Assembly (NCBI GenBank): GCA_964362535.1
Contig: CAYIEN010000001.1
Span: forward strand, 16,271 to 80,270
Reading direction: 5' to 3'
DNA: 64,000 bases
DNA from: an uncultured Methanosarcinales archaeon
GTDB lineage: Archaea > Nanobdellota > Nanobdellia > Woesearchaeales > ARS49
Shown: in pieces, positions 8,962 through 17,728 of the stretch
Numbering within the stretch: position 1 is the first letter of the stretch
Layout: each line of letters opens with the position of its first letter
Made by a program: the position numbers and the translations under genes
The notes under the pieces: model-generated
What the model was told of the DNA's origin: nothing
The model's input: only the letters and a program-made list of their open reading frames with translations
The model's database searches: none

Positions 8962-9996
8962 CTATCTTATTTGGGCATACAGCATGCCTCGCAAATCCTT
9001 CGCGAGAAGCTCATACCCTTTTTTGTTTAATTCGCCCGGCGCAATCAACGCCGCGGGCAACTTTCTTAATTGCCCCTGCACAAACGCGGCAGTAATATCC
9101 GCATCCGTCACTTTTTGCTTGTTGCGTGCCTTCGCGTAATAGACCATGCTCCCAAGCGCACTTGGAATCTCAAGCACTAAGTCATATTCGCTTTTCTTCT
9201 TTATAAGCGCACATTCGAGTATTTTAATGTTGCTCTTAGCACAGAACTGCGATAATTGCGTGAAAAATGCGTCGTCCACCACTTCAGAATGCGTTGGAAT
9301 GGGAGAGACAGGCGCAGGAGTGAATGTTTGTTGCGCAACTGGCTGCACAACCTCTTTCTTTGGCTGGACTGTACGCGGATCAGAAGGCATCACGACCTGC
9401 GCGGGAGCAATCGTTTCCGCACGCTTACGCTTTCGCTTTTCAACAGATGTTGCAAGAGGCTGTTGTACTGCGGCAATAGGCGCTTTGGGTACGGGAGGCG
9501 CGGTGGGAATTTGCACAGGAACCACTGGCTGTATTGGTGCAGGAGCAGAGCTTGTCAGCATTGACTTAATCATTGTAGACGCGTCAACGTCCGGAAGCGA
9601 ACTCCACTTCCAAAACAATTCAGTCGTTCCATCATGAGTCACATTCAACGGATGCGCAAAATCCTTCAGATTTCGTAACGACACTCGCGTCAACGCGTCT
9701 TCCGCCTGGTCACGCATAACGGTCACGTGCTTTAATCGTGCAAGCGTTGCCTGATCCTTTTCGTTCAGATGACTTGTAAATTGTAACAGTTGCGCTTCTT
9801 GCCCCGGAGCGTAGTAAAGAGGAGAGCCACCCACTTTAATGTGCGACACTTTCACCAAACCCTTGCTCGACATCTCACTCAGCATCGCGCTCGCCATCAA
9901 AATATTTGTTTTCACTTCCTTCGAAATTTGAACAGGCAAAATAGGACCTTTACTACGGATGAATGCCATAACTGTATCCCTATAATCAAGAACCAT
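8962..9996 (-). CDS. Winged-helix protein with Pro-rich linker and Mrr-like (PD-(D/E)xK) C-terminal domain
   Basis: The N-terminus FIRSKGPILPVQISKEV....MLSEMSSKGLV is wHTH-like. The C-terminus EYDLVLEI...MVYYAKARNKQKVTDADITAAFVQG resembles the Mrr catalytic-domain layout, but Tyr replaces the usual Q/E before Lys. Confidence 0.35.
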   Translation of the reverse strand: MVLDYRDTVMAFIRSKGPILPVQISKEVKTNILMASAMLSEMSSKGLVKVSHIKVGGSPLYYAPGQEAQLLQFTSHLNEKDQATLARLKHVTVMRDQAEDALTRVSLRNLKDFAHPLNVTHDGTTELFWKWSSLPDVDASTMIKSMLTSSAPAPIQPVVPVQIPTAPPVPKAPIAAVQQPLATSVEKRKRKRAETIAPAQVVMPSDPRTVQPKKEVVQPVAQQTFTPAPVSPIPTHSEVVDDAFFTQLSQFCAKSNIKILECALIKKKSEYDLVLEIPSALGSMVYYAKARNKQKVTDADITAAFVQGQLRKLPAALIAPGELNKKGYELLAKDLRGMLYAQIR

Positions 9997-10048
9997 AACT
10001 TGTTTCTTTCCAGACGTTATTTAAAGATTATTGTGGTCTACTTGCCTA

Positions 10049-10939
10049 CTAAGAAATCGACTTCACTTGCACTTGCTTCGTGATGCTTGACGTGTAACCA
10101 TAATCAACCTGCACGGTCATTGTTGTCGTGTATGTGCCCGCAGTTTTCGGCATGCCGCCCGGCAACTCGCATCGGACTGTCGCGGCCTTGTTTGTGAAAA
10201 GAACAGGTTTATTGTCATTGCATACAAGCTGATTGTCTGCCAGCATTGCTGTTACAACTGCAGTATTCCACGCGGCGCCAGTCGATTGCGCAGAACACGC
10301 TTCCAAACTCTTATCCTGCGCGTATAACTGTCCATTACCCACATTGTTAATCGTGATAAGTACTTGCACCGCAACTGTTTTTTCTTGAGGGATGAGCGTC
10401 GGTTCAATTCTCGTAACCGCAACAGGCCCACCCTGACTGCTCAACGAAACAGGACTTGGCGTACACGGCTTCTTGGCCGTGCGACCAACAACATCCGTAT
10501 CAACACACACATTTGCGCTTGCAACCGTTTGATACGGATAACACACATTCAATCCCATGGACGTAGTCAAGGTCGTTGTCTGCGGCGGAAGAGCGTTTAC
10601 TTGCAGTTGTGCCGTGAGCAACATCTGATCGCCCGCAGGATAACCAGGACTTTTACCCTGCAAACCAAACGGACGAATACGATCGCCCTGCACGTGCACA
10701 ATATCATCTTCCGTCGCAATACTCACGTATCCTTCCTCGATGCTTGTTGCGCCGAGATTCGCGAGCTCAAACGTCATCGCAGAAGGACTCTTTGCGTAAA
10801 TAACAGGAGGAGGACTCTGATCCAAAAATTTCATCGTCACGCCCGTACTTCCCGAACGAATGTTGTAATCTTTAATTTGACCCGCAGAAGTACAGCCAAC
10901 AACGAAAATTAATATGGTTAGCAAATGGAGAAGTTTCAT
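10049..10939 (-). CDS. Secreted lipoprotein, paralog family member C (function unknown)
   Basis: Lipobox FVVGC, SPPPVIY, NVCVDTD....KKPCTPSPVSLSSQGGPVAVTRIEP and C-terminal MTVQVDYGY. Overlaps the upstream gene by 4 nt. Confidence 0.7.
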   Translation of the reverse strand: MKLLHLLTILIFVVGCTSAGQIKDYNIRSGSTGVTMKFLDQSPPPVIYAKSPSAMTFELANLGATSIEEGYVSIATEDDIVHVQGDRIRPFGLQGKSPGYPAGDQMLLTAQLQVNALPPQTTTLTTSMGLNVCYPYQTVASANVCVDTDVVGRTAKKPCTPSPVSLSSQGGPVAVTRIEPTLIPQEKTVAVQVLITINNVGNGQLYAQDKSLEACSAQSTGAAWNTAVVTAMLADNQLVCNDNKPVLFTNKAATVRCELPGGMPKTAGTYTTTMTVQVDYGYTSSITKQVQVKSIS

Positions 10940-12831
10940 GAGGTCGTTTGGAATGTTTTTTCTTCATCATTTAACTTAATGCGATTGCCACAGAACGCAT
11001 TTGCCTCTAACGAGTACAATGCTCCCGGCGTGAGGTCTGTCAGGTGGAACTCGTGCGTTGTGTTGCTCGTTGGGCTTGTCAAAATCATCGGCGAACAACC
11101 CACAATACTTCCACCAATACAATATTTGATCTCGGAAGAAACTGCGCTATCTGTTGTAAACGTCACAGTTGCTGTCGTCGATTGCGGAGTGGTTGTAATA
11201 GTAGTTGCAGGCGCCAGCTTCACGTTCTTACACTCAGTATTCGTCGTTTCCGTACTCGCATCACGAATCAGTAACGTTGTTTCTTTCGGCAAAGAATACG
11301 TGTAGTCTACTGCTGCCTTGAAATATTTCGTGCTGATCGGCGTCGCGCCAAGCAGACCTTCGTAATCAGAACTCGCAATACGTACCTGCGCACGCAACGT
11401 TATCGCATCGCCCGTTGCAATTTGCCCGAGAGGAAGCGAAAGCTGCGTAATTTCATAAACATTTGAGCTGACGTCATCACACCAGTCTGTTGCCCCCATT
11501 TTATCACAACTCGAAGCAACAATTGTGCCAGTACCAGTTAATGATGTAATAGTGATGCCTTTCGGAACAATTAACACGACTTGTTTCACATCCTTTAAAA
11601 CGCCTGGCCACTCATTCTTGAGCGAAATTCCAAGCGTTCCAACAAATTCTTCTGCTGTCTGGTCAATACCAATCGGGGGAGTGCTAAACCCCATTGCAAC
11701 ACTAACGGGACCCGACGTGTAAATAGAAACAGGATTGCGGTCAGTAATTCCATACTGCGTATACGGATCGATTTTTGCATCACGCAATTCTCTTAATCGC
11801 TTTTTGTCCATGAAATAGGTTTTGAGATAGGAAAGTGTCGTCATGTCAAATTTTGCTTCAATTGTAACAGTATCGCGTCCAACGGTGAACGTGTTCGGCT
11901 CAATCTGGCAATCAATATCCTGCGATTCATCCGCAGACATATCCAACGGTTTTGTCGAGGTATCAGGAGTGACTTTGATGTTTGGAGGATCGGTCACGGC
12001 AACAGGAGTGTTACCATTCTTTGCGGAACAACCAACGGTCACAGCCAACGGCTTGTCGATTGTTGTAGCTTTTAGCGTGGTATACACTCCTACTTTGTCT
12101 GTTGTTGCGAAAGACGCTTGCGTTGTCTTTAGAGGATCAATAGTAAGCCCGAGTTTTAATTGTGCATTCGAGTCGACTTTTGCGGTGTACGCGTCGCCAG
12201 TAGCATAAGCAAGTCGTTGGTCAATCGCTTTTTGCGTCCCTGTAAATAATTTATTGTATGTTGCCTTCACACTTGTCCAAATGCTCTTCAGCGCATCACC
12301 CGGATGAATTGCGGCACTTCCCCCTTCATTATCCAGCAAAGGATTGCTCACTTGAGTTAGTACGGGAAGCGTCGACCAAATCAAGAGCCCAATCCAGCAA
12401 AATAAAATGAGAAAGGAGAACTTTCGCGTAATCGATTGCAAAGCATCTTCTGCAAAAAAAATGAAGAACACAATCCACGTCGGCGCAATAATCAATATGA
12501 GCGCTACAGTTATACCGCCCATGAACGTCGCCCAATGCGCACCTAAATAATTACCTAGCAAAGGAACAAAGTATGCAAGCAAACCGATCCCTAGAAAAAG
12601 TGAAAGCTGGGCAGACCACGGCGTTTTTGCATCTTGATTTATTTTTTTAAACGCAAAAAACGCATACAATCCGAGCCCCACATACAGTACAAGAAAAATC
12701 GTGTTAGGCCAGGTCGGAGCAGTATTCAATCGACCAAACAACACATCACAAAACTGAATAAGAACTGCAAGCCAGAAAACAATTGTTGGCCCGATAGGTC
12801 TGTTGTCGTCTCTGTTCTTCGATTCAGCCAT
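10936..12831 (-). CDS. Polytopic membrane protein with large extracellular domain and C-terminal FN3-like module
   Basis: About five N-terminal TM helices, then ~450 aa that look extracytoplasmic and end in a TATVTFTTDSAVSSEIKY...HEFHLTDLTPGALYSLEA beta-sandwich pattern. The start is set at MAESKNRD (12831); the track ORF extends to 12864. Confidence 0.6.
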   Translation of the reverse strand: MAESKNRDDNRPIGPTIVFWLAVLIQFCDVLFGRLNTAPTWPNTIFLVLYVGLGLYAFFAFKKINQDAKTPWSAQLSLFLGIGLLAYFVPLLGNYLGAHWATFMGGITVALILIIAPTWIVFFIFFAEDALQSITRKFSFLILFCWIGLLIWSTLPVLTQVSNPLLDNEGGSAAIHPGDALKSIWTSVKATYNKLFTGTQKAIDQRLAYATGDAYTAKVDSNAQLKLGLTIDPLKTTQASFATTDKVGVYTTLKATTIDKPLAVTVGCSAKNGNTPVAVTDPPNIKVTPDTSTKPLDMSADESQDIDCQIEPNTFTVGRDTVTIEAKFDMTTLSYLKTYFMDKKRLRELRDAKIDPYTQYGITDRNPVSIYTSGPVSVAMGFSTPPIGIDQTAEEFVGTLGISLKNEWPGVLKDVKQVVLIVPKGITITSLTGTGTIVASSCDKMGATDWCDDVSSNVYEITQLSLPLGQIATGDAITLRAQVRIASSDYEGLLGATPISTKYFKAAVDYTYSLPKETTLLIRDASTETTNTECKNVKLAPATTITTTPQSTTATVTFTTDSAVSSEIKYCIGGSIVGCSPMILTSPTSNTTHEFHLTDLTPGALYSLEANAFCGNRIKLNDEEKTFQTTS

Positions 12832-12835
12832 CGTT

Positions 12836-14017
12836 CTACTCGAGCACAACCTCGAGCTTGGCAATGTTCAACGTCGTTTTCGGAATAAGCTCGAGATAGT
12901 TGTTGTCTTCAACAGCGAAACTGATAAGATCACGCTCATACGTCGGCGTCTTCTGATCGATGAAGTCACGCTTGCCATTGATGTTGATCTCGGCACGCTT
13001 TTGCTCCTTATCATCGACAAAGGTAATCTTAAGCGTGAGCTTTTTGTCTTTGTCAATCACATCATCGAATTGCGTCTCATTCAATTGGAAATAGTCAATG
13101 TAGCTCGGAGCTTCCTTCAGTTCCGTCTTCACTTTAATTTGCTCAATGCGATAATTACCCTTTGAAATCTTGAATAACACCGTATTACGGCCCGCAGACA
13201 ACAATGTCGGATCGAGTTCGATTCGGTTTACTGACTGACAGTCAGGAGTGCTCTGCGACACTTGCGCGTTGTTGACCAACACAGTCAGCGCACCAACATC
13301 CTGCTGTGTGCAAATCGGGAAGAACGTCAGTGACGCCTTCTCAACATTGCGAGCTTCCGTCGGCTCGAGCGTGATAACATTCGCGCTCTCTTGCTTCTCA
13401 ATATCAGTCGTATCGCCAATAATTTGGACATTCGAAAGATCATACTCATTCACGCGCCAAAACGCAAGACCAACACCTGACGTCGAAAACGTCAACGTGT
13501 TACTGCGCTGCACATCACGCAAATCAATAGGATTCACATTTACTGAAGTGGGACGCGCCTCATATACTACTTTGTCATTTAGCGCAACATTCAAAATTCC
13601 CGTACGCACAGAAGCATCCAATACTAATTTGATGTTACTTGTTAAATCCGGTTGTGGAACGGTAAACAAAACAGTCTTGGGCTCGTTCACAAACCAACCA
13701 TTACGCACAATAAACGGATTGAACGAATCAAGCACTTGCGCATTCTTTGTTTCGACAAGATACACATTCGGAATGGTGTGATCAAACGACGTTTCCGACT
13801 GGTAATCCAACTTGCCTATGTTCGCAAGCAAGAGCGTACGGCCATCAGTATCGTCACCATCAATAGAACTCTTATTATCGTCCCCGAACAACAACTCACG
13901 TCTGTTCTCAGGAGGCAAAAATAGTATGTAGAAGATTAACAAAATAGCAATAATACCGATAACACTTGCAGCTGCACCGCCACTGGGTGGCTTGATTTGG
14001 CCTTTTCGCGACAGCAT
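12836..14017 (-). CDS. N-terminally anchored extracellular protein (possible class III signal peptide)
   Basis: MLSRKGQIKPPSGGAAASVIGIIAILLIFYILFL followed by a ~350-aa beta-rich ectodomain. It is the first gene of a three-gene minus-strand unit. Confidence 0.6.
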   Translation of the reverse strand: MLSRKGQIKPPSGGAAASVIGIIAILLIFYILFLPPENRRELLFGDDNKSSIDGDDTDGRTLLLANIGKLDYQSETSFDHTIPNVYLVETKNAQVLDSFNPFIVRNGWFVNEPKTVLFTVPQPDLTSNIKLVLDASVRTGILNVALNDKVVYEARPTSVNVNPIDLRDVQRSNTLTFSTSGVGLAFWRVNEYDLSNVQIIGDTTDIEKQESANVITLEPTEARNVEKASLTFFPICTQQDVGALTVLVNNAQVSQSTPDCQSVNRIELDPTLLSAGRNTVLFKISKGNYRIEQIKVKTELKEAPSYIDYFQLNETQFDDVIDKDKKLTLKITFVDDKEQKRAEININGKRDFIDQKTPTYERDLISFAVEDNNYLELIPKTTLNIAKLEVVLE

Positions 14018-14070
14018 AAAACACCTTTTTTCTTTATGAATTCTGGAACGAAGTATATATAAATGTTTGG

Positions 14071-15132
14071 ATGAGTGATTTCACTATGAAAATCATCAAA
14101 GATGAGCCCAAAACAGGCCTTCTCGAAGTCATACCTGAACACGCAGATGACTTATGGCTTCTCAGCCAAGTCATAGACCCACATGATGAAATCAGCGGCA
14201 AAACCATCCGCAAAATCAAACTCGAAGGCGAACGCAAAAGCGACATCATCAAAAAAACCATTTTCCTCAAACTCTCCGCCGAAAAAGTCGAATATGGAAC
14301 CGAACTTAGGATTTCTGGCAAAATATTGGAAGGACCTGAAGACGTCACGCGCGGAAGCTATCACACTTTAACTATAGAATCAGGACAGGCAGTTACGATT
14401 GTGAAACCAGCTTGGCTTCTCTTTCAACGTCAACGCATCAAAGACGCCGCCGACGCTAAACCTCCTGCCATTTTGATCTGTTGCTTTGATCGAGAAGATG
14501 CCATCATTGCCCGCATGACTGGCAAAGGACACGAAATTTTGCATTCTCTGCATGGAGACGTCGCGAACAAACGCATTCAAACAAAAACAAACAAAAACTT
14601 CTTTGCTGAACTTATAGTGCTGTTGAAAGAAGATGTTGCGCGGTTTAACGCAGAAAAACTTATTTTAGCCAGCCCCGCATTCTGGAAAGACGAACTACTG
14701 AAAGAATTGACTGACACTAACTTGCGAAAGAAAGTTGTGCTTGCCACCGTCGCCAGCGCCGACGAACAAGGAATTACTGAAGCCATGAAACGGCCTGAAA
14801 CCCAAGAAGCACTCCGACAAGAACGCGCCGCAAAAGAAGCACAATATGTTGAACAACTTCTCGCGGGCATCGCCAAAGGAAGTGCTATTGCGTACGGAAC
14901 ACACGAAGTCGAAACCGCGGCGCACTCAGGCGCAATTACTACACTCCTTGTCACTGACGGACTTATTTCTCGTACTCGCGCCGAAGGCACCTTTCCTGTT
15001 ATTGACACCATCCTCAAAACCGTTGACAATGCAAAGGGAACCATTGTCATCGTCAGTAGCACCCATGATGCAGGCAAAAAGCTCGACGGATTGGGCGGCA
15101 TTGCAGCACTTCTACGCTACCGTCTCAACTAG
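14071..15132 (+). CDS. pelA: Pelota (mRNA surveillance / ribosome rescue factor)
   Basis: MKIIKDEPKTGLLEV.PE..DDLW.L N-terminal Sm-like domain and an eRF1-like central/C-terminal layout. The alternative start 14086 is possible. Confidence 0.85.
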   Translation: MSDFTMKIIKDEPKTGLLEVIPEHADDLWLLSQVIDPHDEISGKTIRKIKLEGERKSDIIKKTIFLKLSAEKVEYGTELRISGKILEGPEDVTRGSYHTLTIESGQAVTIVKPAWLLFQRQRIKDAADAKPPAILICCFDREDAIIARMTGKGHEILHSLHGDVANKRIQTKTNKNFFAELIVLLKEDVARFNAEKLILASPAFWKDELLKELTDTNLRKKVVLATVASADEQGITEAMKRPETQEALRQERAAKEAQYVEQLLAGIAKGSAIAYGTHEVETAAHSGAITTLLVTDGLISRTRAEGTFPVIDTILKTVDNAKGTIVIVSSTHDAGKKLDGLGGIAALLRYRLN

Positions 15133-15278
15133 TGTCACTCATTCGTGCAGAAGTGTGATTGTCACTTGTTCTCAGATGAAGCGTGTCGTGTGCGTCAAAT
15201 CGTAACATTTAAGTATCGCTCGGTTTTACTCCCGTTAAATCACAAAGCAGTGTGACTAAAAAAGGGGGAGGAGAAACT

Positions 15279-16091
15279 ATGATCGTGAAAGAAGAATTTC
15301 TCAGCAAGCTACGAAGATTTTTCGCATTGAATCTCTATGAAGTCAAGATTTGGACAGCACTCTTGTCCAGAGGCGTCTCGACCGCCGGAGAATTATCCGA
15401 CATCGCAAACGTACCTCGCTCACGAAGCTACGACGTACTCGAATCACTCGAAAAGAAAGGATTTGTCGTCATGAAGCTTGGCAAACCCATCAAGTACATC
15501 GCAGTCGCGCCAACTGAGGTTGTCGAACGTGTCAAGAAAAACATGCAAGACGAAGCAATTGACCGCGTCAAACGACTTGACGAACTGAAAACAACTGACG
15601 TTCTTGGCGAATTGAACCTCTTGCACACGCAAGGCGTTGAACTTGTCGAGCCTTCGGATTTATCCGGCAGCTTACGAGGACGACACAACCTGTACTCGCA
15701 CCTTGAACTCACCATCAGAAACGCCCAGCAAAGCGTCACCATTATGACGACACCGCAGGGCTTGATGCGCAAAGTCGAAGGTCTCAAGGGTACGTTTGAA
15801 AAACTCAAGAAAAAAGGAGTAACGATTCGTATCGCGGCACCGCTCACCAAAGACACACGAGACGCAGTCAAAGACATCGGCTCAGTTGCCGAAGTCCGCA
15901 ACGCAGACAGCAAGGCGCGATTCTGCATAGTCGACGGTAAAGAACTCATTTTCATGCCGCTTGACGACACGGAAGTCCACCCGACCTACGACCTCGGTAT
16001 CTGGGTAAGCACACCCTTCTTTGCGAACGCCCTCGAAGGCTTGTTCAACACCGCATGGAAGACGATGAAACCGGCGTCATCCTTCAAGTAA
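15279..16091 (+). CDS. TrmB-family transcriptional regulator
   Basis: LYEVKIWTALLSRGVSTAGELSDIANVPRSRSYDVLESLEKKGFV matches the TrmB N-terminal wHTH. ATG 15279 is preceded by GGGGGAGGAG. Confidence 0.75.
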   Translation: MIVKEEFLSKLRRFFALNLYEVKIWTALLSRGVSTAGELSDIANVPRSRSYDVLESLEKKGFVVMKLGKPIKYIAVAPTEVVERVKKNMQDEAIDRVKRLDELKTTDVLGELNLLHTQGVELVEPSDLSGSLRGRHNLYSHLELTIRNAQQSVTIMTTPQGLMRKVEGLKGTFEKLKKKGVTIRIAAPLTKDTRDAVKDIGSVAEVRNADSKARFCIVDGKELIFMPLDDTEVHPTYDLGIWVSTPFFANALEGLFNTAWKTMKPASSFK

Positions 16092-16097
16092 CGCCGC

Positions 16098-17627
16098 ATG
16101 GACACGCGCAAAGTCGCAGCCGCACTGCACCCGCTCGAACGGAAAGTGCTCCCTGCCCTGAAATCCTCGCACACCGTTGATTCGCTCTCGCATGCGACCG
16201 CACTCAAGGAAGTAGAAGTTGTCCGAGCCTTGCAATGGCTTGAAAACAAACAACTTGTAACCATCCATGTTGAACCGCGAGAACTTGTTCTGCTGGATAG
16301 TAATGGCCGCGCGTACAAAACAAAAGGATTACCCGAACGCCACTTTCTCAAAACATTGAGCGACAAAGAAATAACCATTGAGCAAGTTGCTAAAAAATCT
16401 GGAATTTCTCGCGAAGAACTCAACGCGTGCATCGGCGTTCTGCGAGCCAAAGGACTTATTCTCTTGCGCAAAGACAAAGACCTCGTCGTGAAATTAACGC
16501 CGCAAGGAACAACCGCGCAAAGTGAAGACTGGCCTGAAGAAACATTTCTTTCGAAGACGTTTCCCGTTGCCGTTGCGGATTTGACTAAGGACGAGCGAGT
16601 TATTCTTGACCAAATGAAGCGCAGAAAACAATTCGTAACCATTGAGCTGCGCAAAGACAAAATTACTGCACTTACCGAACTGGGTGAGAAATTATTGGCA
16701 GCAGGTATCGGCGAAAGCAACGTCATTGAATCATTGACACCTGATTTGCTACGCAGCGGCAAATGGCGCGGCAAAGAATTCCGACGCTACGACGTCACTG
16801 TCCAAGTACCGAAGATTTCTGGCGGAAGAAAACACTTCGTCAACGAAGCAATGGACTACATGCGAAAAATCTGGATCGAACTCGGCTTCACCGAAATGGA
16901 AGGAAGCATGATACAAACATCCTTCTGGAATATGGACACACTGTATACCCCGCAAGACCATCCTGCTCGCGAATTACAAGACACCTTTTACGTCAAAAAC
17001 CCTGCCAACGGCACGCTGCCCGCGCTCGCTAAAAAAATCAAAACAGTCCACGAAAATGGAAACGGCACCGGAAGCACTGGCTACCAAAGCACCTGGAGTG
17101 AAGACATCGCAAAGAAAAACGTCCTTCGAACGCACACTACCGCCCTCAGCGCACAAACACTTGCTCACCTTCGACAAACAGATTTGCCCGCAAAATATTT
17201 CGCCATCGGACGTGTTTTCCGCAACGAAACCATGGACTGGAAACATTTATTCGAGTTCAACCAAGTCGAAGGAATTGTCGTTGACCCCAATGCAAACTTA
17301 CGACACTTATTCGGTTACCTCAAAGAATTCTATGCAAAACTCGGATTCACCAAAATCAAAATGGTGCCGTCCTATTTCCCGTATACTGAACCAAGCATGG
17401 AAGTCCACGTCTGGCACCCCGCCAAACAAGAATGGATTGAAACCGGCGGCGCGGGCATTTTCCGTCCTGAAGTAACAATTCCTCTCTTAGGCCACGACAT
17501 TCCTGTCCTCGCGTGGGGTCAAGGAATGGAACGCCTCATGACCGAATACTACAAAATCGCAGACCTTCGCGAATTATACCGCAACGACATCAAACAATTA
17601 CGCGACGTCAAAGCGTGGGTGCGCTAA
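16098..17627 (+). CDS. pheS: Phenylalanyl-tRNA synthetase alpha subunit (archaeal form with N-terminal wHTH repeats)
   Basis: Class II motifs GRVFRNE and GGAGIFRPEV in a 509-aa protein. Confidence 0.9.
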   Translation: MDTRKVAAALHPLERKVLPALKSSHTVDSLSHATALKEVEVVRALQWLENKQLVTIHVEPRELVLLDSNGRAYKTKGLPERHFLKTLSDKEITIEQVAKKSGISREELNACIGVLRAKGLILLRKDKDLVVKLTPQGTTAQSEDWPEETFLSKTFPVAVADLTKDERVILDQMKRRKQFVTIELRKDKITALTELGEKLLAAGIGESNVIESLTPDLLRSGKWRGKEFRRYDVTVQVPKISGGRKHFVNEAMDYMRKIWIELGFTEMEGSMIQTSFWNMDTLYTPQDHPARELQDTFYVKNPANGTLPALAKKIKTVHENGNGTGSTGYQSTWSEDIAKKNVLRTHTTALSAQTLAHLRQTDLPAKYFAIGRVFRNETMDWKHLFEFNQVEGIVVDPNANLRHLFGYLKEFYAKLGFTKIKMVPSYFPYTEPSMEVHVWHPAKQEWIETGGAGIFRPEVTIPLLGHDIPVLAWGQGMERLMTEYYKIADLRELYRNDIKQLRDVKAWVR

Positions 17628-17728
17628 TGTGTCAGAGGATTTACATGAGGAATAAGAATCTTGGCAAATCCTCTGAGCACACTCAGAGACCGCTCCAAAT
17701 TAATTATTCAGTTCGAGGCGGTCTCTGA
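17627..17728 (+). promoter_or_regulatory. Structured pheS-pheT intercistronic spacer containing a 33-codon bridging micro-ORF
   Basis: Two perfect 10-bp hairpins (17633-42/17666-75 and 17684-93/17718-27) and an alternative 7-bp central hairpin. An ORF starts at the TAATG overlap with the pheS stop and ends at the TGATG overlap with the pheT start. Confidence 0.4.

Noticed and set aside
10936-12831. 631-aa membrane protein as the missing pilus platform (FlaJ/PilC/TadC-like)
   Set aside because: Its five TM helices are clustered in the first ~175 residues with short loops, and the bulk of the protein is extracytoplasmic. T2SSF-type platforms have repeated cytoplasmic helical domains between TM helices.
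12836-14017. 393-aa protein as a bona fide class III signal-peptide (pilin-like) protein
   Set aside because: It contains RKGQ, but 10 mostly polar residues (IKPPSGGAAA) separate it from the hydrophobic helix. In all clear cases in this window the helix follows immediately. It is reported only as a possibility.
15986-16774. 262-aa antisense ORF opposite pheS, and similar long antisense ORFs at 37267..38046, 36453..36953, 42403..43041, 14577..15101 and 15428..15970
   Set aside because: Each lies opposite a gene with strong family motifs (pheS, gyrA, rps2, pelA, trmB-like). Each has Ser/Arg/Cys-rich shadow composition and lacks start signals.
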